64,000 nucleotides of DNA from Actinomycetota bacterium (GCA_021325455.1 JAJPHD010000026.1:334722-398721), one strand, 5' to 3'; positions 51,285-61,453 are shown, numbered from the stretch's first letter. Numbers and translations: made by a program. The notes: generated by a model not told the origin, from the sequence alone.

Positions 51285-52639
51285 GCCTGCTCCTCCATGC
51301 GGGCGATCACCCGGTCCAGGGCCGCCACCGCCATCTCCAGCTCCTCGGCCCCTACGGTGAGGGCGGGGCGGAAGCGGATGGCCCTCTCGCCGCAGCCCAG
51401 GGCCAGGACGTGCTCCTCGGTCCGCAGCCGGCGCAGGGCCTCGTCGCGCTGGGCCGGGCCCGGCAGGTCGATGGCGCACATGAGGCCCCGCCCCCGGGCA
51501 TTGGACACCAGCCCGGGATGGGCGGCCGCCAGCTTCTCCAGCCCCGCCAGCAAGCCCTCCCCGAGTTCGGCGGCCCTCGGGAAGAGCCGATCGCGCTCCA
51601 TGATCTCAAGGAGCCGGCGGGAGCGCACCATGTCGGCCAACCCGCCGCCCCAGGTGGAGTTGATGCGAGAGCTGACCCTGAACACGTTGTCCGCCACCTC
51701 GTCCACCCGGCGACCGGCCATGATCCCCCCCACCTGCACCTTCTTGGCGAAGGCCACGATGTCCGGCTCCAGGCCCATCTGCTGGTAGGCCCAGGCCGTG
51801 CCGGTCAGACCCACCCCTGTCTGGACCTCGTCCAGCACGAACAGGGCATCGTGCTCATGGCACATGTCCTGCATGGCCCGGAGGAACTCAGGCCGCAGGT
51901 GGTTGTCCCCCCCTTCGCTCTGTATGGGCTCGGCGATGAAGCAGGCGATGTCGTGGGGATGGGCAGCGAAGGCCTCCTCGGCCTGAGCGAGGGCCCGGCG
52001 CTCGGCCTCCTCCACCTCCCCCCGGTGCTCCTCCAGGGGGAACACCACGGCGGGACAATCGATACGGGGCCAGTCGAAGACCGGGAAGCGCTCGGTCTTC
52101 ACGGGGTCGGTGTTGGTGAGGGAAAGGGTGTACCCGCTGCGCCCGTGGAAGGCGTGGCGCAGGTGCATCACCCTCGTGCCCAGAGAGGCAGGCCGCCCGT
52201 GCGCTTCGTTGTGGCGGCTCTTCCAGTCGAAGGCACACTTGAGGGCGTTCTCCACCGCCAGCGCACCGCCCTCCACGAAGAACAGGTGCGGCAGGGCGGG
52301 GTCGCCGAGCACCCGCCAGAAGGTCCGGACGAACTCGGCCAGCTCCACGGTGTAGGTGTCGGGGTTGGCCGGCTTGTTGGCCGCCACGCGCCCCAGGTAG
52401 GACACGAACTCGGGGTCATCGGCCAGCCCCGCCGGGTTCATGCCCAGGGGGAGCGAGGCGAAGAAGGTGTAGACGTCCAGGTACTCCTCTCCTGTCCTGG
52501 CATCCACCAGCCATGACCCGTGGCTCGCAGCGATATCGAGCACCAAGCGGAAGCCGTCCACCAGGAGGTGCTGTCCGAGCTCCTCGTGAACCTGCTCGGG
52601 GGGCAGGGGGCGGGCGGTAGGGAGCGACGTCGTTGCCAT
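51281..52639 (-). CDS. lat: L-lysine 6-transaminase (L-lysine-epsilon aminotransferase)
   Basis: 452 aa, collinear with mycobacterial Lat as I recall it: LPHLFFVEGGALAVENALK.AFDWKSRHN, FHGRSGYTLSLTNT, FDWPRID, EPIQ.EGGD, FDEVQTG.GLTGTAWAYQQ, STWGG. Confidence 0.92.
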   Translation of the reverse strand: MATTSLPTARPLPPEQVHEELGQHLLVDGFRLVLDIAASHGSWLVDARTGEEYLDVYTFFASLPLGMNPAGLADDPEFVSYLGRVAANKPANPDTYTVELAEFVRTFWRVLGDPALPHLFFVEGGALAVENALKCAFDWKSRHNEAHGRPASLGTRVMHLRHAFHGRSGYTLSLTNTDPVKTERFPVFDWPRIDCPAVVFPLEEHRGEVEEAERRALAQAEEAFAAHPHDIACFIAEPIQSEGGDNHLRPEFLRAMQDMCHEHDALFVLDEVQTGVGLTGTAWAYQQMGLEPDIVAFAKKVQVGGIMAGRRVDEVADNVFRVSSRINSTWGGGLADMVRSRRLLEIMERDRLFPRAAELGEGLLAGLEKLAAAHPGLVSNARGRGLMCAIDLPGPAQRDEALRRLRTEEHVLALGCGERAIRFRPALTVGAEELEMAVAALDRVIARMEEQA

Positions 52640-52737
52640 GCCCCCATCGTAGGGAGGCCCCCCTGCCGACGCCTCCCGGGCCGTCAGGATCCCCGTTCCC
52701 CCCGGCTACACTGCCTGCTTCCGCCCCTGGATCACCC

Positions 52738-55038
52738 ATGGAGCTCCCCGCCCTCTCCAACCACAGCCTGGTCCTGCTATGGGTCCAGCTGGCTGCCCTG
52801 ATCCTGGCGGCCCGGACCCTCGGAGCCCTGGCCCGCCGGTGGGGCCAGCCCCCGGTGGTGGGCGAGCTGCTGGCCGGCCTCATCCTCGGACCCTCTGTCT
52901 TCGGCCAGCTGTGGCCCAAGGGCTTCGCCTGGTTCCTGCCCCCCGGCCACCTCCAGGGCGACCCCCTGCTCACCGTGGCGGCCCTCTCCTTGGTCCTGCT
53001 CCTCGTCGTGATAGGGGCCGAGACCGATCTGCCCCTCATCCGCAGCCTGGGGAGGGCGGCGGCATCGGTGTCGGCCCTGAGCCTGGCGGTGCCCTTCGCC
53101 GCCGGCCTGGGGGCGGCGGTCCTGCTCCCCGCCACCCTCCTCGGCCCGCACCACAACCGGCTCGTCTTCGCCCTGCTCATCGCGGGGGCGGTATCGGTTT
53201 CCTCGCTGCCCGTGATCGCCAAGATCATCACCGGGCTCGGCGCGGTGCGACGCAACTTCGGGCAGCTGGCCCTGGCCGCCGGGACGGCCAACGACGTCTT
53301 CGGCTTCCTGGTGGTGGCCCTGGCCACCGGCCTCGGTGGCGCAGGAGCGGCATCGGGCCGGTTGGCGGTGGCGCTGGCAGGCCTGGTCTTCCTCATCGTG
53401 GTGGCCTTCACCGGGGGCCAACGGGCCGTTGATGCCATGCTGCGCCATGTCAGGCGCCTCGGCCCCAACGTGACGGGGTCCCTTGGTATCTGTATCGCCA
53501 CCGCCCTGGTGGCTGCCGCCGCCACCCAGGCCATAGGCGTGGAAGGGGCCCTGGGGGGTTTCCTGGCCGGAGTCCTGCTGGGCCGCTCCCGATTCCAGCA
53601 GGGAGAGGGGTTGCGCCACCTCGACCGCCTGTCGACGGCCTTCCTGGCCCCCATCTACTTCAGCACGGCCGGCCTGAGGGTCAACCTGGCCGACCTGGCC
53701 AGCCTGCCCGTCCTGGCCTCCTTCGTCGTGCTCACGGCCCTGGCCGCCGTGGCCAAGTTCGCCGGCGCCGCCCTGGGCGCCCGGCTGGCCCGCCTGCCCG
53801 GGAGGGAGGCCTTCGCCCTCGGTGTGGGGCTCAACGGGCGCGGCGCCCTCCAGGTGATCCTGGCCACGGCCGGCCTGGCCACCGGTGCCTTCGGCCAGCA
53901 GGCCTACACCATCGTCATCCTGCTCTCCATCGTCACCTCCGTGGCGACCCCCCCGTTGCTGAGGTCCATCGTGGCGGGGTGGCGGGGCTCGGAGGGGGAG
54001 CAGGCCCGGCTGGAGAAGGAGGAACGCCTGGAGCGCAACGTCGTGGTCCGGGGCCAGCGCCTGCTCCTCCCCAGCCGGGGCAGCCCCAACTCGCTGGTGG
54101 CCGCCGAGGTGCTGGACTTTGCCTGGCCCAGCGAGTCCCCGGTGACGATCCTCTCCATAGGATCGGCCCCGGGCGGCGAGCGGGGCCGGGCCCACGACAC
54201 GACGACGGTGGCCGACGTCCTGGCCAACCGTCAGGTCGAGCAGCGTCACGTGCCCTCGGACCACGTCCTGGACTCGATCCTGGCCGAGGCCCGGCTGGGC
54301 TACGGCGTGATCGGGGTGGGGGCCGCCGAGGAGCCGGTGGCCGGCCACCTCCTGTCTCCCGTGGTGGACGACCTCCTGGCCCGCAGCCCCATCCCCCTGC
54401 TCGTGGTGCGCCGGGCCCACGGCATGGACCGCTCGCTACCCCCGGCCTTCGCCCGGGCCCTGGTTCCCGTGGTGGGGACGGCACCGTCCCGGGCCGCCCA
54501 GGAGGTCGCCGCCACTCTGAGCAGCCACCTCGGCACCGCCCTCCTGGTCATGCACGTGGTGACCCGCCCACCGGCAGCGGCAGCCGGGGTGGTGGTGCGG
54601 TCGGCGCCGGCCCTGGCGGGGGGACCCGGTGCCGGTGCCCCCTCGCCGGGCCCCGGCGAGCCCCTCCCGGCCGGGGCCGCCCGGACCGGGGTGGGCCCCC
54701 CGGGGGCGGGTGGTGGCCGGTCAGGGACCGATGCCGCCCACGGGGTGCTCAAGGAGGCAGAGGCCCTGGCCCACGAGCACGGCGCCGAGAACGTCCAGAC
54801 GAACGTGCGGGTGGGCATGGCCGCAGGGCCGGAGATCGTCCTGGCCGCCGAGGAGTCCGAGGCCGACCTGGTCGTCCTGGGCACGACCGTCCGTCTGATC
54901 GATGGCCGGCCCTTCCTGGGGCACACCGTGGAGCACGTGCTCGCCAACTGCCCCGCCACGGTGGCGGTGGTGGTGCTCCCGGACCCGTCGGTGGCGGGAA
55001 CCGGAGGAGGAGGGATGCCGGCGCCCGACCCGGCCTGA
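52738..55038 (+). CDS. CPA2-family cation:proton antiporter fused to C-terminal tandem universal-stress-protein (USP) domains
   Basis: Start re-set to ATG 52738 (MELPALSNHSLVLLWVQLAALILAARTLG...GQPPVVGELLAGLILGPS, a Kef/NapA-type N-terminus). About 12 TM helices. The C-terminal USP-like halves (LLVVRR; ADLVVLGTT...VLANCPATVAVV) are separated by a G/P-rich spacer. Confidence 0.85.
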   Translation: MELPALSNHSLVLLWVQLAALILAARTLGALARRWGQPPVVGELLAGLILGPSVFGQLWPKGFAWFLPPGHLQGDPLLTVAALSLVLLLVVIGAETDLPLIRSLGRAAASVSALSLAVPFAAGLGAAVLLPATLLGPHHNRLVFALLIAGAVSVSSLPVIAKIITGLGAVRRNFGQLALAAGTANDVFGFLVVALATGLGGAGAASGRLAVALAGLVFLIVVAFTGGQRAVDAMLRHVRRLGPNVTGSLGICIATALVAAAATQAIGVEGALGGFLAGVLLGRSRFQQGEGLRHLDRLSTAFLAPIYFSTAGLRVNLADLASLPVLASFVVLTALAAVAKFAGAALGARLARLPGREAFALGVGLNGRGALQVILATAGLATGAFGQQAYTIVILLSIVTSVATPPLLRSIVAGWRGSEGEQARLEKEERLERNVVVRGQRLLLPSRGSPNSLVAAEVLDFAWPSESPVTILSIGSAPGGERGRAHDTTTVADVLANRQVEQRHVPSDHVLDSILAEARLGYGVIGVGAAEEPVAGHLLSPVVDDLLARSPIPLLVVRRAHGMDRSLPPAFARALVPVVGTAPSRAAQEVAATLSSHLGTALLVMHVVTRPPAAAAGVVVRSAPALAGGPGAGAPSPGPGEPLPAGAARTGVGPPGAGGGRSGTDAAHGVLKEAEALAHEHGAENVQTNVRVGMAAGPEIVLAAEESEADLVVLGTTVRLIDGRPFLGHTVEHVLANCPATVAVVVLPDPSVAGTGGGGMPAPDPA

Positions 55039-55127
55039 GGGTACGGACAGGCCCTGACGAGGCCCCGGGCGCTCAGATCCCCACAGGCTCGAACGGCCTG
55101 GACGGCGCCGGCGCCAGGCCGGGGCCC

Positions 55128-56228
55128 TCAGGAGCCGAAGACGGCGGCCAGCTCCTCCGGCACGGCCGTTTCCAGCTGGTCGTAACGGCAGCTCTCCGCC
55201 GGGCGGTCCGGCCGCCAGCGGCGGAAGGTGGTGGCATGGCGGAAGCGGTCCCCCTGCAGGTGGTCGTAGGCCACCTCGCACACCAGCTCGGGCCGCAGGG
55301 GCTCCCACGAGAGGTCCCGGCCGGCGTTCCAGCGGCTGGTGGCACCGGGGCGCCGGCCGGCCCCGGCCGGGGGCCCCGCCCCTTCACCGGCTGCGGGCTG
55401 TGCATCCTCACCGGCCCACCCCGCCCACGGGTGACCGGCCAGGTCGGGCACCCGGTAGGGCTCCAGCTCCCCCACCAGCTCCTTGCGGCGGCGGTCGGTG
55501 AAGGAGGCGGTCACCCCCACGTGATGCAGCACGCCCCCGTCGTCATAGAGGCCGAGCAGCAGCGACCCCACCACCGGCCCGGACTTGTGCCAGCGGAACC
55601 CGGCCACGACGCAGTCGGCGGTCCGCTCGTGCTTGACCTTCACCATGGCCCGCCGGCCCTCCTGGTAGGGCTGGTCCAGGGCCTTCACGACCACCCCGTC
55701 CAGCCCGGCCCCCTCGAAGCGCCGGAACCAGTCCCCCGCCACCTCCCGGTCCCTCGTCTGCTGGGTGAGATGGACCGGGGGCCGGGCCCGGGCCAGCGCC
55801 TCCCCCAGGGCGGCCCTCCGCTCCTCGAAGGGCGCCGGGCGCAGGTCCCGGCCGCCCAGGGCCAGGATGTCGAAGGCCACGAAGGAGGCCGGCGTGGCCT
55901 CGGCCAGCATCCTCACCCGGGAGGCGGCCGGGTGGATGCGCTGGAGAAGGGCGTCGAAGTCCAGCCCCCGGGGGCCGGCGATGACGATCTCCCCGTCCAC
56001 CACGCACCGAGCGGGCAGCGAGGCGAGCAGGGGCGCCACCAGCTCCGGGAAGTAACGGGTGAGGGGCCTCTCGTTCCGGCTCCCCAGGACAACCTCGTCC
56101 CCGTCCCGGAAGACGACGGAGCGGAACCCGTCCCACTTGGGCTCGTAGGCCACCCCCCCTGCCGCCGGCAGCTCCCGGGCCAGCTTGGCCAGCATGGGGG
56201 CCACCGGGGGCATGACGGGCAAGTCCAT
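55128..56228 (-). CDS. ligC: ATP-dependent DNA ligase (LigC-like, no Ku or primase neighbour)
   Basis: 366 aa. Adenylation motif I EPKWDGFR, plus GEIV, LVAFDIL, GLDGVVVK, and a C-terminal OB domain. Confidence 0.85.
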   Translation of the reverse strand: MDLPVMPPVAPMLAKLARELPAAGGVAYEPKWDGFRSVVFRDGDEVVLGSRNERPLTRYFPELVAPLLASLPARCVVDGEIVIAGPRGLDFDALLQRIHPAASRVRMLAEATPASFVAFDILALGGRDLRPAPFEERRAALGEALARARPPVHLTQQTRDREVAGDWFRRFEGAGLDGVVVKALDQPYQEGRRAMVKVKHERTADCVVAGFRWHKSGPVVGSLLLGLYDDGGVLHHVGVTASFTDRRRKELVGELEPYRVPDLAGHPWAGWAGEDAQPAAGEGAGPPAGAGRRPGATSRWNAGRDLSWEPLRPELVCEVAYDHLQGDRFRHATTFRRWRPDRPAESCRYDQLETAVPEELAAVFGS

Positions 56229-56239
56229 GAGGCCCTGGC

Positions 56240-56860
56240 TCAGCGCGAGGTTCCAACGCCCAGCCCCCGCCAGGAGCCCGCCTCCACCAGAGGACGCAGG
56301 GGGGTGCGGTCCACGATCTCGGTCACCCAGCGCAGGAGGAACATGCCGATGGGGCGGATCAGGAGGATGACCAAGGCCCCGAGGGCCAGGCCGCCCACCA
56401 CGTCACCCGGGTAGTGGGCCCCCACGTAGATGCGGGCGAAGGCCAGGAACAGCCCGGCGACGGTAGCCACCAGGGCCAGCCAGCGGTCCCGGCCGGTCAG
56501 CCACAGGCCGGTCATCACGGCCCCGGCGGTGGTGGCGTGGTCACTGGGGAACGAGAAGTCATGGGCCCTCGGGACCAGCACCTCCATCCCGTGGAGGGTG
56601 TAGTAGGGCCGTATCTCGGCCACCAGGTGGTTGATGGGCTGGGCTATGGCGACGGCGCACACGGTGCCCGCCGCCGCCCACAGCACGGCCGCCACCGCCT
56701 CGCGGGGGTCCCCGTCCGAGCGCGCCCGCCACCAGGCCAGGAGCAGGACGAGGGCCAGGAAGGCCACCCCCCCGAGCAGGGCCCAGGCCGACATGAAGCC
56801 GTGGATCACCGGGGTGGTCCGGGCAAAATGGTTTATGTCCTTGTAGAAGGTCGTGTTCAC
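56240..56860 (-). CDS. PAP2-family phosphatase (membrane)
   Basis: Start re-set to GTG 56860 (VNTTFYKDINHFA, with AAGGA 7 nt upstream). Motifs FPSDHATTAGAV and ARIYVGAHYPGDVV (the SxH / SRxxxxxHxxxD type). 5-6 TM helices. Confidence 0.75.
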   Translation of the reverse strand: MNTTFYKDINHFARTTPVIHGFMSAWALLGGVAFLALVLLLAWWRARSDGDPREAVAAVLWAAAGTVCAVAIAQPINHLVAEIRPYYTLHGMEVLVPRAHDFSFPSDHATTAGAVMTGLWLTGRDRWLALVATVAGLFLAFARIYVGAHYPGDVVGGLALGALVILLIRPIGMFLLRWVTEIVDRTPLRPLVEAGSWRGLGVGTSR

Positions 56861-57075
56861 CGACTGTCCTTGTGAGTGCTGGGGGCCGTGCTCACGGTAG
56901 CGAACCAATGGGCCCCCCAGGGGCCAAGCAGATCCGGAGGGGGCGCAGGGGGACCTGGCCGCTCGCTGTCGGCCACCCCCATGCCGTGTTCGCACCTGGA
57001 CGGCTCATAAAAGCCCCGGCGGTCCATGGGCGCACCTCCCCCGTGGCGACACGTTACCAACTAGCTTGCCAGAGG

Positions 57076-57765
57076 GTGGGCGACCTCAACGGCTCGGACA
57101 TAGACGCCGTCCTGCTCGACGCCGGCGGTGTCCTGCTCCTGCCCGATCCGCTGGCGCTCCGCCGGGCGCTGGCCCCCTTCGGGGTCGTACCGGACGACGA
57201 GACCTGCCGCCGGGCCCATTACGCCGGCGTTCGGGCGCTGGACCGGCTGGACCTCCCGGACTGGCGGGCGGTGGACGGCGCCGTGGCCGGCGCGGTCGGT
57301 GTCCCCGAGGAAGCCCTGGACGAGGTGGTAGGCCTTATACCGCATGTCTACGTGACGGAGCCCTGGGTGGCGGCACCGGGCGCGGCCCAGGCCCTGCAAC
57401 GCCTGGGTGCTGCGGGCCTGGCCCTGGCGGTGGTGTCCAATGCCACGGGCACGGTGGAGCAACAGCTGGCCGAGCACCGGATCTGTTCCGTGGACGGCGG
57501 GGCCTGCGCCCGGGTGGCGGTGGTGGTGGACTCCCACCTGGTGGGGGTGGAGAAGCCCGACCCCGCCATCTTCGGGATCGCCCTGGAGGCCCTGGGGGTG
57601 GAGCCCGAGCGCTCCATCCACGTGGGGGACTCGGTGCACTTCGACGTGCAGGGGGCCCGGGCGGCGGGTGTCCGGCCCGTACACCTCGACCCCTACCGGC
57701 TGTGCGGGGCCGGCGACCATGCCCACGTCCGTTCCCTCGAGGAGCTCGCCGCCCGGCTCGCCTAG
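57076..57765 (+). CDS. HAD-superfamily hydrolase (subfamily IA-like)
   Basis: Real part of track ORF 56872..57765; GTG 57076 is in frame. Motif I VLLDAGGVL, motif II VVSNATG, motifs III/IV GVEKPDPAIF ... HVGDSVHFDVQGA. Confidence 0.7.
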   Translation: MGDLNGSDIDAVLLDAGGVLLLPDPLALRRALAPFGVVPDDETCRRAHYAGVRALDRLDLPDWRAVDGAVAGAVGVPEEALDEVVGLIPHVYVTEPWVAAPGAAQALQRLGAAGLALAVVSNATGTVEQQLAEHRICSVDGGACARVAVVVDSHLVGVEKPDPAIFGIALEALGVEPERSIHVGDSVHFDVQGARAAGVRPVHLDPYRLCGAGDHAHVRSLEELAARLA

Positions 57766-57771
57766 CCGCGA

Positions 57772-60096
57772 TCAGCCTCTCACCGGGACCTCGACCAGGC
57801 CGCCGGGCAGGTGGACGACGGCCTGCCGGGCTCGCCCTCCGGCCATGTCCACCGCCACCACCGCCCCGGTGGCGTCCAGCACGGGGCGGGGACGCCAGAC
57901 GTGGGGGCCGTCGAGGATCTCACCGGGACGGCCGGGCCCGGGGAACACGTGCAGGGTCCAGGGCTCCCCGGGGGCCACCTGGTCCGTGCACTGCATGGGC
58001 GGCCCCATGGGCACCACGGACCCTCCCCGGGCGAACAGCGGCAGCCGCTCCAGGGGGGCCTCCACCTCCACCCAGGCGGGGCCGGTGCGGGCTTGCCCCG
58101 ACCACCAGTCCACCCATTCCCCGGGAGGCAGGTAGCAGGCCACACCGACGGGGCCCGGCCCGTCGTCGAGGACCGGCACCACCAGGAGGTCCGAGCCCAG
58201 CAGGTACTGGTGCTCGACAGCCCAGGCCGCCCTGTCCCCGGGGTACTCCAGGGCCACCGGCCTCATCAGGGGCCACCCGTGGCGGGCCGCCTCGCCCGCC
58301 ACGTGCAGGAGGTAGGGCAGGAGGCGGTAGCGCAGCTCCATGAACGCCCGGACTATCCCGAGGGCCCGGTCGCCGAAGGCCCAGGGCTCGCGGGGCCCGA
58401 TCCCGTGGAAGCGGGCCAGGGGGGAGAGGCACCCCCACTGGGCCCAGCGGACGAAGAGCCCCGGCGTGAGGCCATGGCCCGAGAACCCGCCGATGTCGTG
58501 GGCCCACAGGCCCGGTGCCGACACCGCCCATCCCAGGCCACCCCGCAGGCTGGCGGCCATGCCGGCCACGCTGCACTCGGCATCACCGCCCCACTGCCCC
58601 GGGTAGCGCTGCGAGCCGGCCCACCCGCTGCGGCCCAGGACGAAGGGCGCCACCTCGGCGACCGTGCGGTTGTACCAGAGGGGGTAGATGTTGCACCACG
58701 ACCGGCCGGGGCTGCCGTCCGACATCACGGCGTCGTCGGGCAGACCCTCGCCGAAGTCGGTCGTGAAGGCGGCCACCCCCGCCCCGAGCAGGGGCCGGTG
58801 GCGCTCCTGCCACCACCTGCGGGCCTCGGGGTTGCTCATGTCCACCATGGCCCGGGGACGACCATCGGCCGTGAAGGTCGAGACCGCCGCCGGTTGCCCC
58901 CCTGCCTTCTCGACCAGGAACCCCTTGGCAGCAGCCTCACCGTAGGCGGGGGAGGCCGGGTCCAGGTAGGGGCACTCCCACAGTGACAGGCGCAGCCCCT
59001 CACGAGCCAGGTCGCCGACCAGGTCCTCGGGACGGCCGAAGCGCTCCTCGCTCCACTCGAAGTCGCAGCACAGCCGGTCCCTCACCAGCCAGCTCGGGTC
59101 CAGGTGGACCACGTCGCAGGGGAGGCGGTGCCGGCGCAGGCCGGACACCACCTCTTCCACCTGGGCCCGGTCCCGGTAGCGGCAGCGCGACATCCACACC
59201 CCGAGGGCCCAGCGGGGGGGCATCGGCGGGCGCCCGGTCAGCTCCGTGTAGAGGCTGAGACGCTCCCTCGGGTCGGGTCCCACGATGAGGAAGAGGTCCA
59301 TCACCTCCCCCTCCACCTCGAGGGCCAGCACCGCCGGCCAGGTGGCGCCCACGTCGGCCACCACCGGCCCCGGGGAGTGGACGAAGGCGCTGTAGCCGGC
59401 GCTGCTGTGGAGCACCGGGGCTGCCTTGTAGGCCCGCCCCGTGCCCGTGCCCAGGGCATCGGCTACGACCAGCTCGAGCCGCTGGCCATTGCGCACCAGG
59501 GGCCCGAAATGCTCGCCCAGTCCCGTGATGGCCTCGCCGGGCTGGATCTCGAGGGCTACCGACAGCTTGCCGCCGGGGTGGAGGGTCACCGCCGGGGCGA
59601 GGGGCAGGCCGGCCACCTGCCGGCGCTCGCCGGCCGTGGTCACCAGCGTGCGTCCGGTGGGGTCCATCAGGGTCAAGCCGAAGGGGCGGCGGCCGATCCG
59701 GCACTGCAGCGCCTCGGTGCCGAGGACCACCGCCCTCTCCTGCTCGGCCACCTCCAGCGGACCCGTCCCCGGGTCGCCGGCCAGGATGCCGGCGGAGAGA
59801 CCGTCGTCGAGGGGGCGCCAGGGCCGGCCCGGCACCAGGGTGAGCCGGAGGACAGCGGGCGCCGGGGAGCGGACCACGAGGGAGGCGGGGGAGCGTCCGA
59901 CAGGCAGGGCGGGCAGGGGGGGGAGGTTGGGCAGGTCGACGACGATCCCCTGGGTGGCGGGATCCTCCCCGGTGAGGACCCCGAGCGAGGAGCTCAGGCG
60001 TAGGCCGGTGACCATCTCCAGGTCGAGGTCGGTTCGTTCAGGGCCGGCCCTCACCTTCGTCACCGAACGGGCCAAGGTGATGGGGACCGGCTCCAC
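57772..60096 (-). CDS. glycoside hydrolase family 31 (alpha-glucosidase/alpha-xylosidase, YicI-like)
   Basis: 774 aa. WALGVWMSRCRY, LPCDVVHLDPSW, the nucleophile region GVAAFTTDFGEGLP, and WGGDAECS. Confidence 0.88.
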   Translation of the reverse strand: MEPVPITLARSVTKVRAGPERTDLDLEMVTGLRLSSSLGVLTGEDPATQGIVVDLPNLPPLPALPVGRSPASLVVRSPAPAVLRLTLVPGRPWRPLDDGLSAGILAGDPGTGPLEVAEQERAVVLGTEALQCRIGRRPFGLTLMDPTGRTLVTTAGERRQVAGLPLAPAVTLHPGGKLSVALEIQPGEAITGLGEHFGPLVRNGQRLELVVADALGTGTGRAYKAAPVLHSSAGYSAFVHSPGPVVADVGATWPAVLALEVEGEVMDLFLIVGPDPRERLSLYTELTGRPPMPPRWALGVWMSRCRYRDRAQVEEVVSGLRRHRLPCDVVHLDPSWLVRDRLCCDFEWSEERFGRPEDLVGDLAREGLRLSLWECPYLDPASPAYGEAAAKGFLVEKAGGQPAAVSTFTADGRPRAMVDMSNPEARRWWQERHRPLLGAGVAAFTTDFGEGLPDDAVMSDGSPGRSWCNIYPLWYNRTVAEVAPFVLGRSGWAGSQRYPGQWGGDAECSVAGMAASLRGGLGWAVSAPGLWAHDIGGFSGHGLTPGLFVRWAQWGCLSPLARFHGIGPREPWAFGDRALGIVRAFMELRYRLLPYLLHVAGEAARHGWPLMRPVALEYPGDRAAWAVEHQYLLGSDLLVVPVLDDGPGPVGVACYLPPGEWVDWWSGQARTGPAWVEVEAPLERLPLFARGGSVVPMGPPMQCTDQVAPGEPWTLHVFPGPGRPGEILDGPHVWRPRPVLDATGAVVAVDMAGGRARQAVVHLPGGLVEVPVRG

Positions 60097-60116
60097 GGGA
60101 CCGAACCTTACGGCTC

Positions 60117-60145
60117 TTGCGGTATCGAACTGGTGTTCGTAGGAT
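60117..60145 (+). promoter_or_regulatory. imuB promoter: TTGCGG - 17 nt - TAGGAT
   Basis: The -35-like TTGCGG is at 60117-22 and the -10 TAGGAT at 60140-45 (fits TANNNT). The spacer is almost entirely the LexA box. It lies about 48 nt upstream of the imuB GTG, which has an AGGAGAG SD. Confidence 0.5.
60125..60140. promoter_or_regulatory. LexA (SOS) box TCGAAC-TGGT-GTTCGT
   Basis: 15 of 16 bases match (16-bp site) the actinobacterial/mycobacterial SOS box TCGAAC-N4-GTTCGA. It overlaps the -10 element of the imuB promoter. Confidence 0.8.
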
Positions 60146-60193
60146 GGGAGACCCGGGCCACCGGGCGGAGCAAAGCTGGAGCGAGCAGGAGAG

Positions 60194-61453
60194 GTGGTGG
60201 CCTTGAGCCAGGTCGTCGTGTCCCCGGAGGGCCCTACCCTCCTCGAGCGCAGGAGCGAGGTCGGCTGCCTGCTGGTGCCGCGCTTCCCGCTGGCCTGCGA
60301 AGTGGCCGAGCGCCCCTGGTTGGCCGGCCTGCCGGTGGCGGTGGCCGACCCCTCTTCCCCGGTGGTGTGGACAGCCTCTCCCGAGGCGGAGGCAGAGGGA
60401 GTGGCGCCCGGTCAACCTCTGTCCGAGGCCCTGGGGCGGTGCCCTTCCCTGGCCGTGCTCGAGGGACGGCCGGCCCGCTATGCCAGTGTGGCCGAGGAGG
60501 TCATGGCCTGCCTGGAAGGGGCAGCCCCGGGGGTGGAAGAAGGCCCCCCCGGTGTGGCCTGGGTGGAGCGGGTGGACCGCCTGGGTTCTTCCTCACAAGG
60601 CTGGTGGGCCGGGTTGCTGGCCTGCCTTCCTCCCCACCTCGGCCGGGTCCCACCCCGCCTCCAGCCCCGCCTGGGTGTGGCCCCCGCCAAGTTCGCCGCC
60701 CTGGTCGCCGCCCACGGGGCCCCGGGTGGGGGCATCCTGGCCCTCGAGGCGGAGTCCATGGCCGCCTACCTGGAGCGCCAGCCCGTCGCCGTGCTGCCCG
60801 TCCCGGCCGAGGTCCGCCGGCGGCTGGTCCTCATGGGCATCACCACGCTGGGGCGGCTCTCCGGCCTGCCCCGCTCGGCCGTGGTGGCCCAGTTCGGCCC
60901 GGTCGGGGGCCGGGCCTGGGACCTGGCCCGGGGCCAGGCCGAGCCGGTGCGCCCCCGGGCCCACCCCGTGAAGGTGGTGGGCCGGCTCCTCCTCTCCGAG
61001 CCCCTGTCCAGTCGGGAGGCCCTGCTGGCAGCGGCGGAGCAGACCTTGTCCCGGGCCGTGCGCCAGCCCCGCTTCCGGGGAAGGGCGGCCCGCCGGGCTC
61101 GCCTGCTCGCCGTGGACGAGCGGGGCGGGGCCTACGACCGGACGGTCACCTTCAAGTCCGCTCTGGCTGGCAGGAGGGCATTGTGGACCGTGCTGCGCCC
61201 CTACCTGGCCGAGGCCCGCCTGCCTGCCCCGGTGAGCGAGATCTCCATCGAGCTGGACGGGCTCTGCCCCCAGCGGGGACAGCAAGGCGAGCTGCTCCCC
61301 CCCCGGATGGCCCCCCAGCGGGAGCGCCTGGAGGAGTGCCTGCGCCAGCTCAAGGCCCGTTACGGCTACTGCCCCGTCGGGCGGGTGGTGGCGGTGGAGC
61401 CATGGAGCAGGATCCCCGAGCGGCGGCTGGCCCTCATCGACTTCGACCTCTAG
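60194..61453 (+). CDS. imuB: ImuB, catalytically inactive Y-family polymerase-like subunit of the SOS mutasome
   Basis: 419 aa. N-terminal CLLVPRFPLACEV replaces the DinB D-x-D catalytic motif. Y-family palm and little-finger-like layout (GVAPAKFAALVAA..., LPVPAEVRRRLVLMGITTLGRL). A LexA box lies upstream and dnaE2 downstream. Confidence 0.85.
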   Translation: MVALSQVVVSPEGPTLLERRSEVGCLLVPRFPLACEVAERPWLAGLPVAVADPSSPVVWTASPEAEAEGVAPGQPLSEALGRCPSLAVLEGRPARYASVAEEVMACLEGAAPGVEEGPPGVAWVERVDRLGSSSQGWWAGLLACLPPHLGRVPPRLQPRLGVAPAKFAALVAAHGAPGGGILALEAESMAAYLERQPVAVLPVPAEVRRRLVLMGITTLGRLSGLPRSAVVAQFGPVGGRAWDLARGQAEPVRPRAHPVKVVGRLLLSEPLSSREALLAAAEQTLSRAVRQPRFRGRAARRARLLAVDERGGAYDRTVTFKSALAGRRALWTVLRPYLAEARLPAPVSEISIELDGLCPQRGQQGELLPPRMAPQRERLEECLRQLKARYGYCPVGRVVAVEPWSRIPERRLALIDFDL

